Assembly: GCA_020636775.1 (NCBI GenBank)
Contig: JACJXF010000002.1
Location: forward strand, 144,331 to 208,330
From: Bacteroidales bacterium
GTDB lineage: Bacteria; Bacteroidota; Bacteroidia; Bacteroidales; GCA-2748055
Reading direction: 5' to 3'
Length of the DNA: 64,000 nucleotides
The notes beneath the pieces were generated by a model. The model saw only the letters and a list, made by a program, of their open reading frames with translations. It was not told the origin of the DNA and searched no databases. The translations under genes were made by a program, and so were the position numbers. Of the stretch, positions 46,701 through 55,481 are shown in pieces. The number at the start of each line of letters is the position of its first letter. Position 1 is the first letter of the stretch.

Positions 46701-46973
46701 GATCCAATCCCTGCTCTGGTCGCGGAGGATGTTACAGATGCGGTTCCACCTGCAAAAAAGACTTCCTCCGTGCTTATAAACTCCTGGGGTTCCAGAATCT
46801 TTGTCAGTAATGTGAAAGCAAATACGAAAGTAAGTATTTATAATCTGACAGGCTCACTGGTTCGGTCATTTGAAACTTCCAGTGATACCGATTTCGAGCT
46901 AAATACCGGACTTTGGATAGTGAAGGTTGGTTCGGGGGAAGGATATAAAACTGCAAAAGTATTTACCCCATGA
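43770..46973 (+). CDS. Pectin methylesterase (CE8) multidomain protein with a T9SS C-terminal sorting domain
   Basis: 1067 aa. The CE8 catalytic motifs are GRQDSFFGG, GGTDFLFGG and YFGRPW. The long N-terminus is Ig/CBM-like. The C-terminal ~80 aa form a beta-sandwich typical of T9SS cargo. Confidence 0.85.
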   Translation: MITKFKTLFFVFFFIGQIANGQSTGLIDSWDFGAEQLNSEVYRNMLTVDSINAWYPGTVVVGSNGNILPNFTSGILSWTGGGNDRLRTTNTTITRFDENISSVTGFTGRVYVNSAAKITRFLSLNLDEDDEVTVFAKTDAGGIINFEYQANPVAQTDQVAVSTSLMELHFVAKQAGTYHIFDTQGKPSYYRIYRKDANYVNISGSVDISEAADIPNDYGIRFTNDAGKTWEAAVNSGTYSVDLPAGFTYHLSLTGANGYVINSATSVLLSDVPAILNVNILKVTLFTVSGSVTGLGPGISKLELIYTPDPAKAKFYIPKPEIDTASASYSVQLEPDCEYIISAKGVNDFYIADSSLTIGNADQTADISFLPRPLYGVTIVTSGLTAEQQAKLGLSFRMLYEDGYVYHFNSGDVINLRDGVYSIEADGLNDYPLELGLTSNLRVNGEAASKNLVFKQVKNWPFNDQVITNNTPSYLGLLFSGNIANEIAKGHLTAKAGATIQVPVNPGTKVRIAYYYSADFSIDGGAAITTSSGSTSTVEYADYIYPGTNAGFVTITIGSGTSTTYISNISSEDVVDYSAVIYVGADKTYKSLNAALDAISHMPRENNERVKVMIDPGNYEEMLVINVPDVSFVNAASKPSTELSNKGVDIDASAVRITSYYGHGYSYYSMGDNQKWDSEILRVNKENGYLSYENKGAGTTNGSFWNATVVVNADGFEAENIIFENSFNQYISKKESEDVVVMWEVGNKGLRPTETGSVLVQNKSFVERAAALAINNGVDKVVLKKCRVIGRQDSFFGGSGARVVVYKGAMMGGTDFLFGGMNVVFYKSDLVMNTSDESNDISYLTAAQQSSGRGFLMYECNIKSAVPGVENSSSRQSKPGYFGRPWLANTSEVVFYKTTIDTTNFPGSEGSSLILPLGWLNSLGGESALMYEYGTLEKSGVDNSAARAPWSTLLATPSLSDGTEISTFNFTKGNDDWDPIPALVAEDVTDAVPPAKKTSSVLINSWGSRIFVSNVKANTKVSIYNLTGSLVRSFETSSDTDFELNTGLWIVKVGSGEGYKTAKVFTP

Positions 46974-47184
46974 ATTGAAAAAACCTGATTCACGCTCTGA
47001 AAAAGGCAATTTAGCCAGGTCCTAAACAAAATATTATGGAGGAAGGAAATAAATGCAAATATTATTGAAAAGAAAACATGTTTCAGGGACAGGATGATAA
47101 TATGTAACCCTTTTTATGGTGATTTTTCACCCTTTTTGCCTGAATCATTAAATAAATTTGAAATTCATTCCTCAGATACTAAAA

Positions 47185-48375
47185 ATGTCAAAATTCATCC
47201 TTTTAATATTTGCTCTGCTGTTTTCAGGCTCCTGCCTGCAAAAAAAGAGCAGTTTAACGAAGGATGCCGGCAATACAGAGAATCAATTTGCGATTAGCCT
47301 GGCTGATGCGGCCATGTTCCGGTTCGACAGCCTCATTAAATATAATAACCCAAAAACTTATAAATGGCAGTATGATGTTGCGCTGCTCGGACAGGCAATT
47401 GATAAACTGGGGTATATTGACGGGAAATATTCACGGTATTATGAGGACTATCTCAACTACTTTGTTCAGGAGGACGGGAATGTAAAAACATATAAGATAT
47501 CCGATTTTAATCTTGACAATTTAAATGGGGCGAAAGGTTTAATTACCCTTTATAAGCGCACGGGAGATCAGAAATACAGAAACGCCCTGAAATTATTTAT
47601 TTCACAGGTAAAGGAACAGCCTAAAACTCCTGAAGGAGGTTTCTGGCATAAGAAAATTTACCCGGAACAAATGTGGCTTGATGGAATTTATATGTGTACC
47701 CCTTTCCTGGCTCAGTACGCAAAAGAATTCAATGAGCCTGAATGGTTCGATGTTATTACCCGCCAGATTACTCTTATTTATGAAAAGACCAGGGATGAAA
47801 AGACCGGTCTGATTTATCATGCATGGGATTCATCCCATAAAGAGAGATGGAGCAATCCTCTTACCGGGACATCGCCGAATTTCTGGGGCAGGGCAACAGG
47901 CTGGTATATGATGGCTCTGGTGGATGTACTTGATTATTTCCCGCAAGATCACAAAGGCAGGAAGGAAATCATCAGAATCCTTAACGAAATTTGCAGTTCG
48001 GTTGACAATGTAAAAGATCCGGATACCGGATTATGGTATCAGGTATTGGATAAAGGAGGGGAACCGGATAATTATCTGGAAGCTTCTTCCTCCCTGATGT
48101 TCATATATGTTTTCGCAAAAGCTTCACATAAAGGATATATTCCTTCAAACTACCATGATATTGCTGAAAATTCATTCATCGCAGCCAAAAAACAATTCAT
48201 TGTTACAGGTGCAGATGGCTATCCCGTTCTTATAAATACCTGCGGGGGTTGCGGTCTCGGGGGAAATCCTTATCGCGATGGGAGCTATGAATATTATGTC
48301 ACTGAAAAAAGAGTTGAAAATGATCCAAAAGGAGTTGCCCCTTTTATTCTGGCAGCTATTGAATTGAAACACTAA
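47185..48375 (+). CDS. Unsaturated rhamnogalacturonyl hydrolase (GH105; GH88/105 clan)
   Basis: I place the start at MSKFILLIFALLFSGSC (lipoprotein). Motifs WQYDVALLG, MWLDGIYM and FWGRATGW are typical of YteR/GH105. Confidence 0.82.
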   Translation: MSKFILLIFALLFSGSCLQKKSSLTKDAGNTENQFAISLADAAMFRFDSLIKYNNPKTYKWQYDVALLGQAIDKLGYIDGKYSRYYEDYLNYFVQEDGNVKTYKISDFNLDNLNGAKGLITLYKRTGDQKYRNALKLFISQVKEQPKTPEGGFWHKKIYPEQMWLDGIYMCTPFLAQYAKEFNEPEWFDVITRQITLIYEKTRDEKTGLIYHAWDSSHKERWSNPLTGTSPNFWGRATGWYMMALVDVLDYFPQDHKGRKEIIRILNEICSSVDNVKDPDTGLWYQVLDKGGEPDNYLEASSSLMFIYVFAKASHKGYIPSNYHDIAENSFIAAKKQFIVTGADGYPVLINTCGGCGLGGNPYRDGSYEYYVTEKRVENDPKGVAPFILAAIELKH

Positions 48376-48409
48376 CATATTTTATGATTACTAACTAAAT
48401 TCCTTACTT

Positions 48410-50722
48410 ATGAAAAAAGTTTACCTAAGTTTAATTTTCCTTAGCCTCCTGATTGGCCTGAATGCCCAGGCTTGGAAGGTTTATGAGGCTCGCTACATGC
48501 CTGTGGTTAATAACCCTGCTTTTACTTCATCCAGCCCAGTTGGTGCTGCAATGGAGCTGATTGTAAATCCTGAAAATCCGAATGATTCCATCTATAAGTA
48601 TGTTTCATACCCGGATGGCTCAACCGGACAGTTATGGAAGTATACCTATCCCGAAGCAAGTGTTAACGCGGTTACCATTGTTGCGAGGGTAAAAGGTATA
48701 TCTACAGATCCGGACCGGGTTCTTGAATTCGATATCGATAATCTGGGCTGGAGGGAAAGAGTGTATATTAATACCGACAATACCTATAAGATGGAGTACT
48801 CTAAAGCCACAGGCAGCCTGCCGGGCAGTGCTCAGGACTGGCACATTTACAGGATGACAAAGGTGGATGACATTGTCAAACTGTATGTTGATGAGAATCC
48901 TGATCCACTTGTGGTTTCAACCATTCCGGCAACCTCAACTGTCCGAAATTATTTCAGGTTTGGTGATGGCTCCAGCTCTGTTACATATGGTGGAATGGTT
49001 GACTGGATTACCTGGGATGTTACAGGCGCATATGCTCCCGGTGAAGGTGCAGCCCTGCCGGATACCCTTGTTAAAACAGTACCTAAATTAAATGTTTATA
49101 ATGCTAACGAACTCCCTGATGCGTTTTCATCCAACTTTACTACCAGTAATGTTGGCGGTGATGCACCAACAATGAACATTATCGACGATCCTGATAATGT
49201 TGGAAATAAACTTTTTGAATATATTATCGGAGGCGCCTCTTCAAAGCATATGTGGAAATATGCATATACAAACCCTGATCAGCCCATTATTACCCTTGTT
49301 GCCCGTGTTAAAGCCACCTCTGGTGGATACGACAGGGCTATTGAACTGGACATGGAAAACGGTGGATGGCGTGACAGACTTTTTGTTAAGAATCCCAGTC
49401 AGTATGAGCTTAAGGAGTCAGCTACCAAGGGTGATATGCCAATTGGCACCATGGGCTGGCATATATACAGACTTACCAAAGAGGCTGACACAGTTAAGTT
49501 ATATTTGGATGAAAATCCCGTTCCTTTTCAGGTGGTAAAGACAAATACTACTTCAGCTAATAATTATTTCCGCTTTGGAGATGGGAACAGCAGCTCCTCT
49601 GTTGGAGGAATGATCGACTGGATTGTTTGGGATGAGACAGGAGCCTATGCACCTGACCGTGGAAATTTCCTGCCCGATTCTTTGGTTCAGACAGTTTCTT
49701 CCTCGGATGCAAAACTTGCTACCCTTACAGCATCACTTGGAGATTTGAGCCCGGCGTTCGATCCGGCAGTTATGAACTACGACCTTGTCCTTCCTGTGGG
49801 ATCATCCGCTGTGACTTTTACCGCCACTGCAAATGATGGGCTTGCAAGTCTTACAGGAGACGGCGAATTCACAGCCATACCCGGAACTGCAAATATCGTT
49901 GTAACCGCAGAAGACGGCTATGTTAATACATATTCAGTTAATGTAAGCGTTGCAGTAGCAGGTGATGCCAGTCTTTCAGCACTTACTGCATCGGCAGGAA
50001 CACTCGACCCTGTTTTCGATCCTGCTGTTATGTCGTACAGCCTCGAATTACCCGCAGGTTCAGGCTCTGTAACTTTTACCGCTACTCCAACTGATGGTCT
50101 CTCCACTGTTACCGGAGATGGTGAGTTTACAAATGTTCCTGGCACAGCCGAAATTACAGTTACAGCTCCGGAGGGGGCTCAGAAAACATATACCATTGTT
50201 GTTACTGTTGCAGCTTCAAACGATGCCAGTCTGCAATCGCTTACCAGCAGTTCAGGTGTACTTGATCCGGCATTTAGTTCAGGAGTATTTGCATATACCC
50301 TCGAACTGGACCCGGGCTCAACCAGCGTTACACTTACTGCAACCGCGACCGATGCGAATGCAAGCCTTACAGGTGACGGTCTTATATCAGCTCCCGGAAC
50401 GGCTACAATTACTGTAACGGCCGAAGATGGAACAACCACTCAGGATTATGTGGTTACCATTACGGTTTCAACAGTGGGTGTTGGTCAGCTTAACAATAAT
50501 AATCTTAGAATTTATCCTAATCCTGCCAGCGATCTTGTAACAATTGTTGCACCCGCAGGTTCTCATGTCTGGATCCTTAATTCACTTGGAAAGGATATAT
50601 CCGGAATAGTAATGAAAAGCTCTTCGGAAAATATTGACCTGTCTTCCTTTAAAGCAGGTATATACTTTGTGAAGATTCAGGATTCAGAAGGATTAATTGT
50701 TAAGAAACTTCTTGTTAAATAA
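48410..50722 (+). CDS. T9SS-secreted protein: 2 LamG/ConA-like domains + 3 cadherin-like beta-sandwich repeats + CTD
   Basis: 770 aa with a signal peptide. It has two paralogous ~200-aa domains (WHIYRMTK...YFRFGDG...VDWITWD, then WHIYRLTK...YFRFGDG...IDWIVWD). Three 86-aa repeats (L..LT.S.G.L.P.F......Y.L.L) follow. The C-terminus is RIYPNPASDLVTI...GIYFVKI. Confidence 0.75.
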   Translation: MKKVYLSLIFLSLLIGLNAQAWKVYEARYMPVVNNPAFTSSSPVGAAMELIVNPENPNDSIYKYVSYPDGSTGQLWKYTYPEASVNAVTIVARVKGISTDPDRVLEFDIDNLGWRERVYINTDNTYKMEYSKATGSLPGSAQDWHIYRMTKVDDIVKLYVDENPDPLVVSTIPATSTVRNYFRFGDGSSSVTYGGMVDWITWDVTGAYAPGEGAALPDTLVKTVPKLNVYNANELPDAFSSNFTTSNVGGDAPTMNIIDDPDNVGNKLFEYIIGGASSKHMWKYAYTNPDQPIITLVARVKATSGGYDRAIELDMENGGWRDRLFVKNPSQYELKESATKGDMPIGTMGWHIYRLTKEADTVKLYLDENPVPFQVVKTNTTSANNYFRFGDGNSSSSVGGMIDWIVWDETGAYAPDRGNFLPDSLVQTVSSSDAKLATLTASLGDLSPAFDPAVMNYDLVLPVGSSAVTFTATANDGLASLTGDGEFTAIPGTANIVVTAEDGYVNTYSVNVSVAVAGDASLSALTASAGTLDPVFDPAVMSYSLELPAGSGSVTFTATPTDGLSTVTGDGEFTNVPGTAEITVTAPEGAQKTYTIVVTVAASNDASLQSLTSSSGVLDPAFSSGVFAYTLELDPGSTSVTLTATATDANASLTGDGLISAPGTATITVTAEDGTTTQDYVVTITVSTVGVGQLNNNNLRIYPNPASDLVTIVAPAGSHVWILNSLGKDISGIVMKSSSENIDLSSFKAGIYFVKIQDSEGLIVKKLLVK
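49706..50470 (+). repeat. Three tandem 258-bp intragenic repeats (cadherin-like modules)
   Basis: Repeat starts GATGCAAAACTTGC (49706), GATGCCAGTCTTTC (49964) and GATGCCAGTCTGCA (50222) are exactly 258 bp apart. Confidence 0.8.
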
Positions 50723-50755
50723 CTTATAATCCATTAAATTTTATCGGTAGTATGA

Positions 50756-50792
50756 CCGGGAATTTTTCCTGATTTTCAGGAGAGATTCCCGG
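50756..50792 (+). terminator. Candidate intrinsic terminator/attenuator hairpin
   Basis: The outer stem is CCGGGAAT (50756-63)/ATTCCCGG (50785-92). The inner stem is TCCTGA/TCAGGA with a TTT loop. No U-run follows, and it lies 13 nt before ATG 50805. Confidence 0.4.
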
Positions 50793-50804
50793 AATACCGG
50801 TAAA

Positions 50805-52193
50805 ATGAACTTATTGAAATACTGCCTGCTAACTTTATGCTATCAAAGGATTATGAATTTATTCCCTTCAGTTATATTATTTTTTACTACCATGGGATGC
50901 ATTCCCTCGGGCAACTCAGGTCAAAACACTCCTTCTTTTCCGGGAGCTGAAGGCGCCGGTATGTATACAAGCGGAGGGAGAGGCGGAATAGTAGTTGAAG
51001 TAAGCAATCTGGAAGATAGCGGTGCAGGAAGTCTCAGGGCTGCATTAAATATGAAGGAATGCCGGACAGTTATATTTAAAATTTCCGGAACTATTGAACT
51101 TAAATCCCCTGTTGAAATAAAAAACGGAAACCTTACAATTGCAGGACAAACGGCACCCGGCGATGGCATTTGTGTCAGCCGCTATCCTGTCATAATCAAA
51201 AGCGGGAATGTTATAATCCGCTATATGCGTTTCAGGCTCGGAGATACCTCGGGTGAAGGATTCGATGCCATTAACTGTAAAGATCAGGAAGATGTGATCA
51301 TCGATCATTGCAGCATGAGCTGGTCGGTTGATGAGACGGCATCTTTTTACGACAATAAAAATTTTACGCTGCAGTGGTGCATTATAAGCGAAAGTCTTAA
51401 TAATTCAGTTCATAAAAAAGGTGAACATGGATATGGGGGTATATGGGGAGGGATGAATGCAAGCTTTCATCATAACCTTCTGGCTAATCATGCCAGCAGA
51501 AACCCGCGATTTCAGGGTAGTCGCTACCATAAAATGCCGGATAAGGAAATGGCTGAATTTACAAACAATGTAATCTATAACTGGGGACATAAAAGCTCCT
51601 ATGGAGGCGAAGAAGGACATTACAATATGATCGCCAATTATTATAAACCCGGACCGGCAACTAAAAAGTCACAACGAACAGTTATACTGGAGCCGTTTTC
51701 ACCCTTGGGAAGTTTTTATCTGGAGGGGAATATATTAGAAGGATCACTGGAAATAAGTCAAAACAACAGCCTTGGAATTGAGATTAATGAAAACGCTCTT
51801 GATTCGGTTCTTTCAAAAGTAAGATTTATCATTACTCCGGCTGTAAAAGCACAGACTGCCTCAGAAGCATTTTCTTCTGTAACAGCATTGGCCGGAGCCA
51901 GTCTGAAACGTGATATAACAGACCAGCGGATTATTGATGAAGTCATAAATGGAAGCTGCCATTTTGGAGATAACGGAATAATTAACAGCCAGCAGGATGT
52001 GGGTGGCTGGCCCCAGCTTGAAACAATGGAAGCCCCTGCCGATTCCGATCACGATGGAATGCCCGATTTATGGGAGAAAAACATGAATCTGGATCCTACA
52101 GATCCCACTGACGGGAAATTATATCAGCCTGATAATATTTACACAAACCTCGAATTATATCTGAACAGTTTAACACTGCATGAAAAAAGCTAA
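50805..52193 (+). CDS. Pectate lyase (PL1)
   Basis: 462 aa. It has FPGAEGAGMYTSGGRGG, VIIDHCSMSW and SRNPRFQGSR (PL1 vWiDH and RxPxxR motifs) and a C-terminal Ca-binding DSDHDGMPDLWE. Confidence 0.85.
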   Translation: MNLLKYCLLTLCYQRIMNLFPSVILFFTTMGCIPSGNSGQNTPSFPGAEGAGMYTSGGRGGIVVEVSNLEDSGAGSLRAALNMKECRTVIFKISGTIELKSPVEIKNGNLTIAGQTAPGDGICVSRYPVIIKSGNVIIRYMRFRLGDTSGEGFDAINCKDQEDVIIDHCSMSWSVDETASFYDNKNFTLQWCIISESLNNSVHKKGEHGYGGIWGGMNASFHHNLLANHASRNPRFQGSRYHKMPDKEMAEFTNNVIYNWGHKSSYGGEEGHYNMIANYYKPGPATKKSQRTVILEPFSPLGSFYLEGNILEGSLEISQNNSLGIEINENALDSVLSKVRFIITPAVKAQTASEAFSSVTALAGASLKRDITDQRIIDEVINGSCHFGDNGIINSQQDVGGWPQLETMEAPADSDHDGMPDLWEKNMNLDPTDPTDGKLYQPDNIYTNLELYLNSLTLHEKS

Positions 52194-52204
52194 ATAACTG
52201 AACT

Positions 52205-55200
52205 ATGAACTCATTTTACCGAAATTTAAAAATAGCACTGAGTATGGCATTCCTGCTGTTTTTCTTTCATGAAATTTCAGCACAGACCGTCACGGGTAAA
52301 ATTACCGATGAGAACGGTGCTCCATTACCAGGTGTCGGGATATTGATAGAAGGGACAACTACGGGTTCAATTTCTGACCTGCAGGGTATGTACACTATTA
52401 ATGTTAACAACATACAGAAGGATGTACTTGTATTCTCATTTGTGGGAATGGAAAAAATTCAGGTGCCGCTTAATGGAAGAGATAAAGTGGATGTTCAGAT
52501 GAAAGCCGAGGCAGAATCGCTGGATGAGATTGTGGTTATTGGTTATGGTACCATGAAAAAAAGAGATCTTACCGGTTCAGTTTCTTCGGTTAATGCCCAG
52601 CAACTTAAAGATATTCCTGTTACCTCAGCAGCACAGGCTATTACCGGCCGGCTTGCAGGAGTTCAGATAACTACTTCGGAAGGTTCCCCGGATGCAGAAG
52701 TTAAAATCAGGGTAAGGGGTGGTGGATCCATTACTCAGGATAACTCCCCACTGTATATAGTGGATGGCTTCCCGGTTGAAAATCTAAACTCGGTTCCTCC
52801 CTCCGATATAGAAAGTATCGATGTTCTTAAGGATGCATCCTCAACAGCTATTTATGGAGCCAGAGGGGCAAACGGAGTTGTTATAATTACTACTAAATCG
52901 GGTGAAAAAGGGGTTACAAAAGTCAGCTATAACGGATATTACGGTGTAAAACAAATATCCAATACCCTCGATGTTCTGGATCCTTATGAATTTGTTCTCT
53001 TTCAGTATGAGAGAAATCAGGGAAGTTTCCAGGACAGAAAGGCTTTTTTAAACGGATACGGAGCATGGGCTGACCTGGATAGTCTTTATTCCAATATTCC
53101 CGGTGAAAACTGGCAAAATGATGTTTTTGGACGAAAAGCCCCGACATCCTACCATAATCTTAGTATACAGGGCGGCGGAGACAGAAGTTCGTACAATTTA
53201 AGTTTTACAAATAATGCCGACCAGGGCATTATGATAGAATCAGGTTACACCCGTAATAATCTGAATTTCAGATTTGATACCAAAGCAAGTGATAAGCTGA
53301 ACTTTAGTTTCGATGTGAAACTGGCAGACACCAAGGTTAGCGGGGCAGGTACTTCTGATCCGGGTTCATCCACCACCAACCGCCTTAAGAATTCGGTTAT
53401 TTATATGCCTACCAGCGGATTGTATGATTTCGGAGCAGTCCAGGATCTTCTTTTTACCGATGACGAATATTATACGCTGACGGGTTTAACCGACCCTGTA
53501 ACCCTTGCAGGAGACGAATACCGCCGCAAAAATACAGGAAGCTATAATTTCAACGGTGCATTGAGTTATTCCATTCTTAAGAATTTGATTTTCAGAACAG
53601 AAATTGGATATAATCTGAGAGAGGAAAAGCGGAATGAGTATGACGGACTGTCGACTCCCAATGCCAGAAAATATGGAGATAAACCTATCGCAAGTATCGA
53701 GGACCGGATTTACACTACCATGAGGATTGCCAATACCCTGACATTAAATCTGACTCCCGAAGGTGATGTGCATTCAATTAATGCCATGCTGGGTCAGGAA
53801 ATGGTAAACACAAATTACAATGAATTGATTAACCTTTCCCGCGGTTTTCCGGTAGGGATTACCCCCGAGCTGGCCCTGGGTTCAATGGGCCTGGGAGAAG
53901 ATAACCAAAAACCGGAAACATTCGAATCCTCATCCAAACTGCTTTCCTATTTCGGAAGGGTAAACTATTCTTTTAAAAATAAATTTCTGGTTTCATCAAC
54001 AATTCGTGCAGACGGATCTTCGAAGTTTGGACCCAACAATCGCTGGGCAATATTCCCTTCGGTTTCTGCCGGTTGGAGAATTTCGGAAGAAGAATTTATG
54101 CAAAACCTGGATTTCCTTTCTAACATGAAAATCAGAGGTAGCTATGGTCAGGCAGGTAATGACCGGATTGATGACCAGCTCTGGAGAACTGCTTTTAAAG
54201 TTGGAACAGATAAAGCCTATTATATTAACGAAGTTCCACTTACCTTTTTCTACCCGGATCCATCAAATATCCCAAATCCAAACCTGAAATGGGAAACTAC
54301 AGTAACCAGGAACCTGGGCCTTGATATGGGTTTCCTTCACAACAGATTAAACGCTAATATCGACTTATATAAAAATACCGGGAAAGAACTTCTCCTGCAG
54401 TCAGATGTCCCGCCTGAAACCGGCTACACAAAACAAATGACCAACATTGGAGCCACCTCAAACAAAGGTATTGAATTTGTTATTGATGCTGTACCTGTGC
54501 AAAAAAATGATTTAAAAATTACCTTCAACTTCAATATCAGCTTTAACAAAAACACTATTGATGACCTTGGGTCTGTTAATTCATTCCTCTATCAATCGGA
54601 CTGGAACAACGATATTGGTGCAGACTATTATGTTAAAGTAGGCCAGCCGGTTGGAATGATGTATGGATATGTTACAGATGGATTTTATACCGTTGATGAT
54701 TTCGAAGTTGACGCTGTAACAGGTCAGTTAATGAAGGACTCAAAGGGAGTATATATTCTTAAACCTGGAATTGCTGATAATTCAGGTATTTTGTATGCAG
54801 GATTCGGACCCGGTGCCGTGAAATTTAAAAATCTCGGAGATCCTGTGGATGCAAATGGTAATCCGGTTCCCGACGGAAATAAGGTAACTGCTGATGCAGA
54901 CCGTACCATAATTGGGAATTCAAATCCTAAGCATGTGGGAGGGGTTAATTTGTCTGTTATGTTTAAGGGATTCGATGCCAGTGTATTCCTGAACTGGGTT
55001 TATGGAAACAATATTTATAATGCCAATAAAATTGAATTCACCAGTGCATACAGAAAATATACCAACCTTCTTTCAGATATGTCCTCTGATAAAAGGTGGA
55101 CGAATATCAATGATGCCGGAGTAGTAATTACCAATGCTGACGAACTTGCTGAAAGAAACAAGGACGCAACAATCTGGTCGCCAAACACAGGAAGGTATCT

Positions 55201-55471
55201 CTTCCATTCATGGGCTGTTGAGGACGGCTCATTTTTGAGGGTAAGCAATATTACCATTGGTTATACATTGCCGTCAACGCTGACTAAAAAAGTATTCATC
55301 CGTAATCTAAGAATTTATGCCACAGGAAATAACCTGTTTACGTTTACGAAATATTCCGGTTTTGATCCCGAGGTAGATACGAGAAGATCAACACCTCTTA
55401 CACCAGGCGTGGACTATTCTGCCTATCCCAGGAGCCGTATGTATTTGATGGGCATTAATGTAACTTTTTAA
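52205..55471 (+). CDS. susC: SusC/RagA-family TonB-linked outer-membrane transporter
   Basis: 1088 aa. It has a CarboxypepD_reg N-terminus (VTGKITDENGAPLPGVGILIEGT), the plug motifs IVVIGYGTMKKRDLTGSV and DASSTAIYGARGANGVVIITTK, and the terminal ...INVTF. Confidence 0.93.
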   Translation: MNSFYRNLKIALSMAFLLFFFHEISAQTVTGKITDENGAPLPGVGILIEGTTTGSISDLQGMYTINVNNIQKDVLVFSFVGMEKIQVPLNGRDKVDVQMKAEAESLDEIVVIGYGTMKKRDLTGSVSSVNAQQLKDIPVTSAAQAITGRLAGVQITTSEGSPDAEVKIRVRGGGSITQDNSPLYIVDGFPVENLNSVPPSDIESIDVLKDASSTAIYGARGANGVVIITTKSGEKGVTKVSYNGYYGVKQISNTLDVLDPYEFVLFQYERNQGSFQDRKAFLNGYGAWADLDSLYSNIPGENWQNDVFGRKAPTSYHNLSIQGGGDRSSYNLSFTNNADQGIMIESGYTRNNLNFRFDTKASDKLNFSFDVKLADTKVSGAGTSDPGSSTTNRLKNSVIYMPTSGLYDFGAVQDLLFTDDEYYTLTGLTDPVTLAGDEYRRKNTGSYNFNGALSYSILKNLIFRTEIGYNLREEKRNEYDGLSTPNARKYGDKPIASIEDRIYTTMRIANTLTLNLTPEGDVHSINAMLGQEMVNTNYNELINLSRGFPVGITPELALGSMGLGEDNQKPETFESSSKLLSYFGRVNYSFKNKFLVSSTIRADGSSKFGPNNRWAIFPSVSAGWRISEEEFMQNLDFLSNMKIRGSYGQAGNDRIDDQLWRTAFKVGTDKAYYINEVPLTFFYPDPSNIPNPNLKWETTVTRNLGLDMGFLHNRLNANIDLYKNTGKELLLQSDVPPETGYTKQMTNIGATSNKGIEFVIDAVPVQKNDLKITFNFNISFNKNTIDDLGSVNSFLYQSDWNNDIGADYYVKVGQPVGMMYGYVTDGFYTVDDFEVDAVTGQLMKDSKGVYILKPGIADNSGILYAGFGPGAVKFKNLGDPVDANGNPVPDGNKVTADADRTIIGNSNPKHVGGVNLSVMFKGFDASVFLNWVYGNNIYNANKIEFTSAYRKYTNLLSDMSSDKRWTNINDAGVVITNADELAERNKDATIWSPNTGRYLFHSWAVEDGSFLRVSNITIGYTLPSTLTKKVFIRNLRIYATGNNLFTFTKYSGFDPEVDTRRSTPLTPGVDYSAYPRSRMYLMGINVTF

Positions 55472-55481
55472 ACACAGAGCT

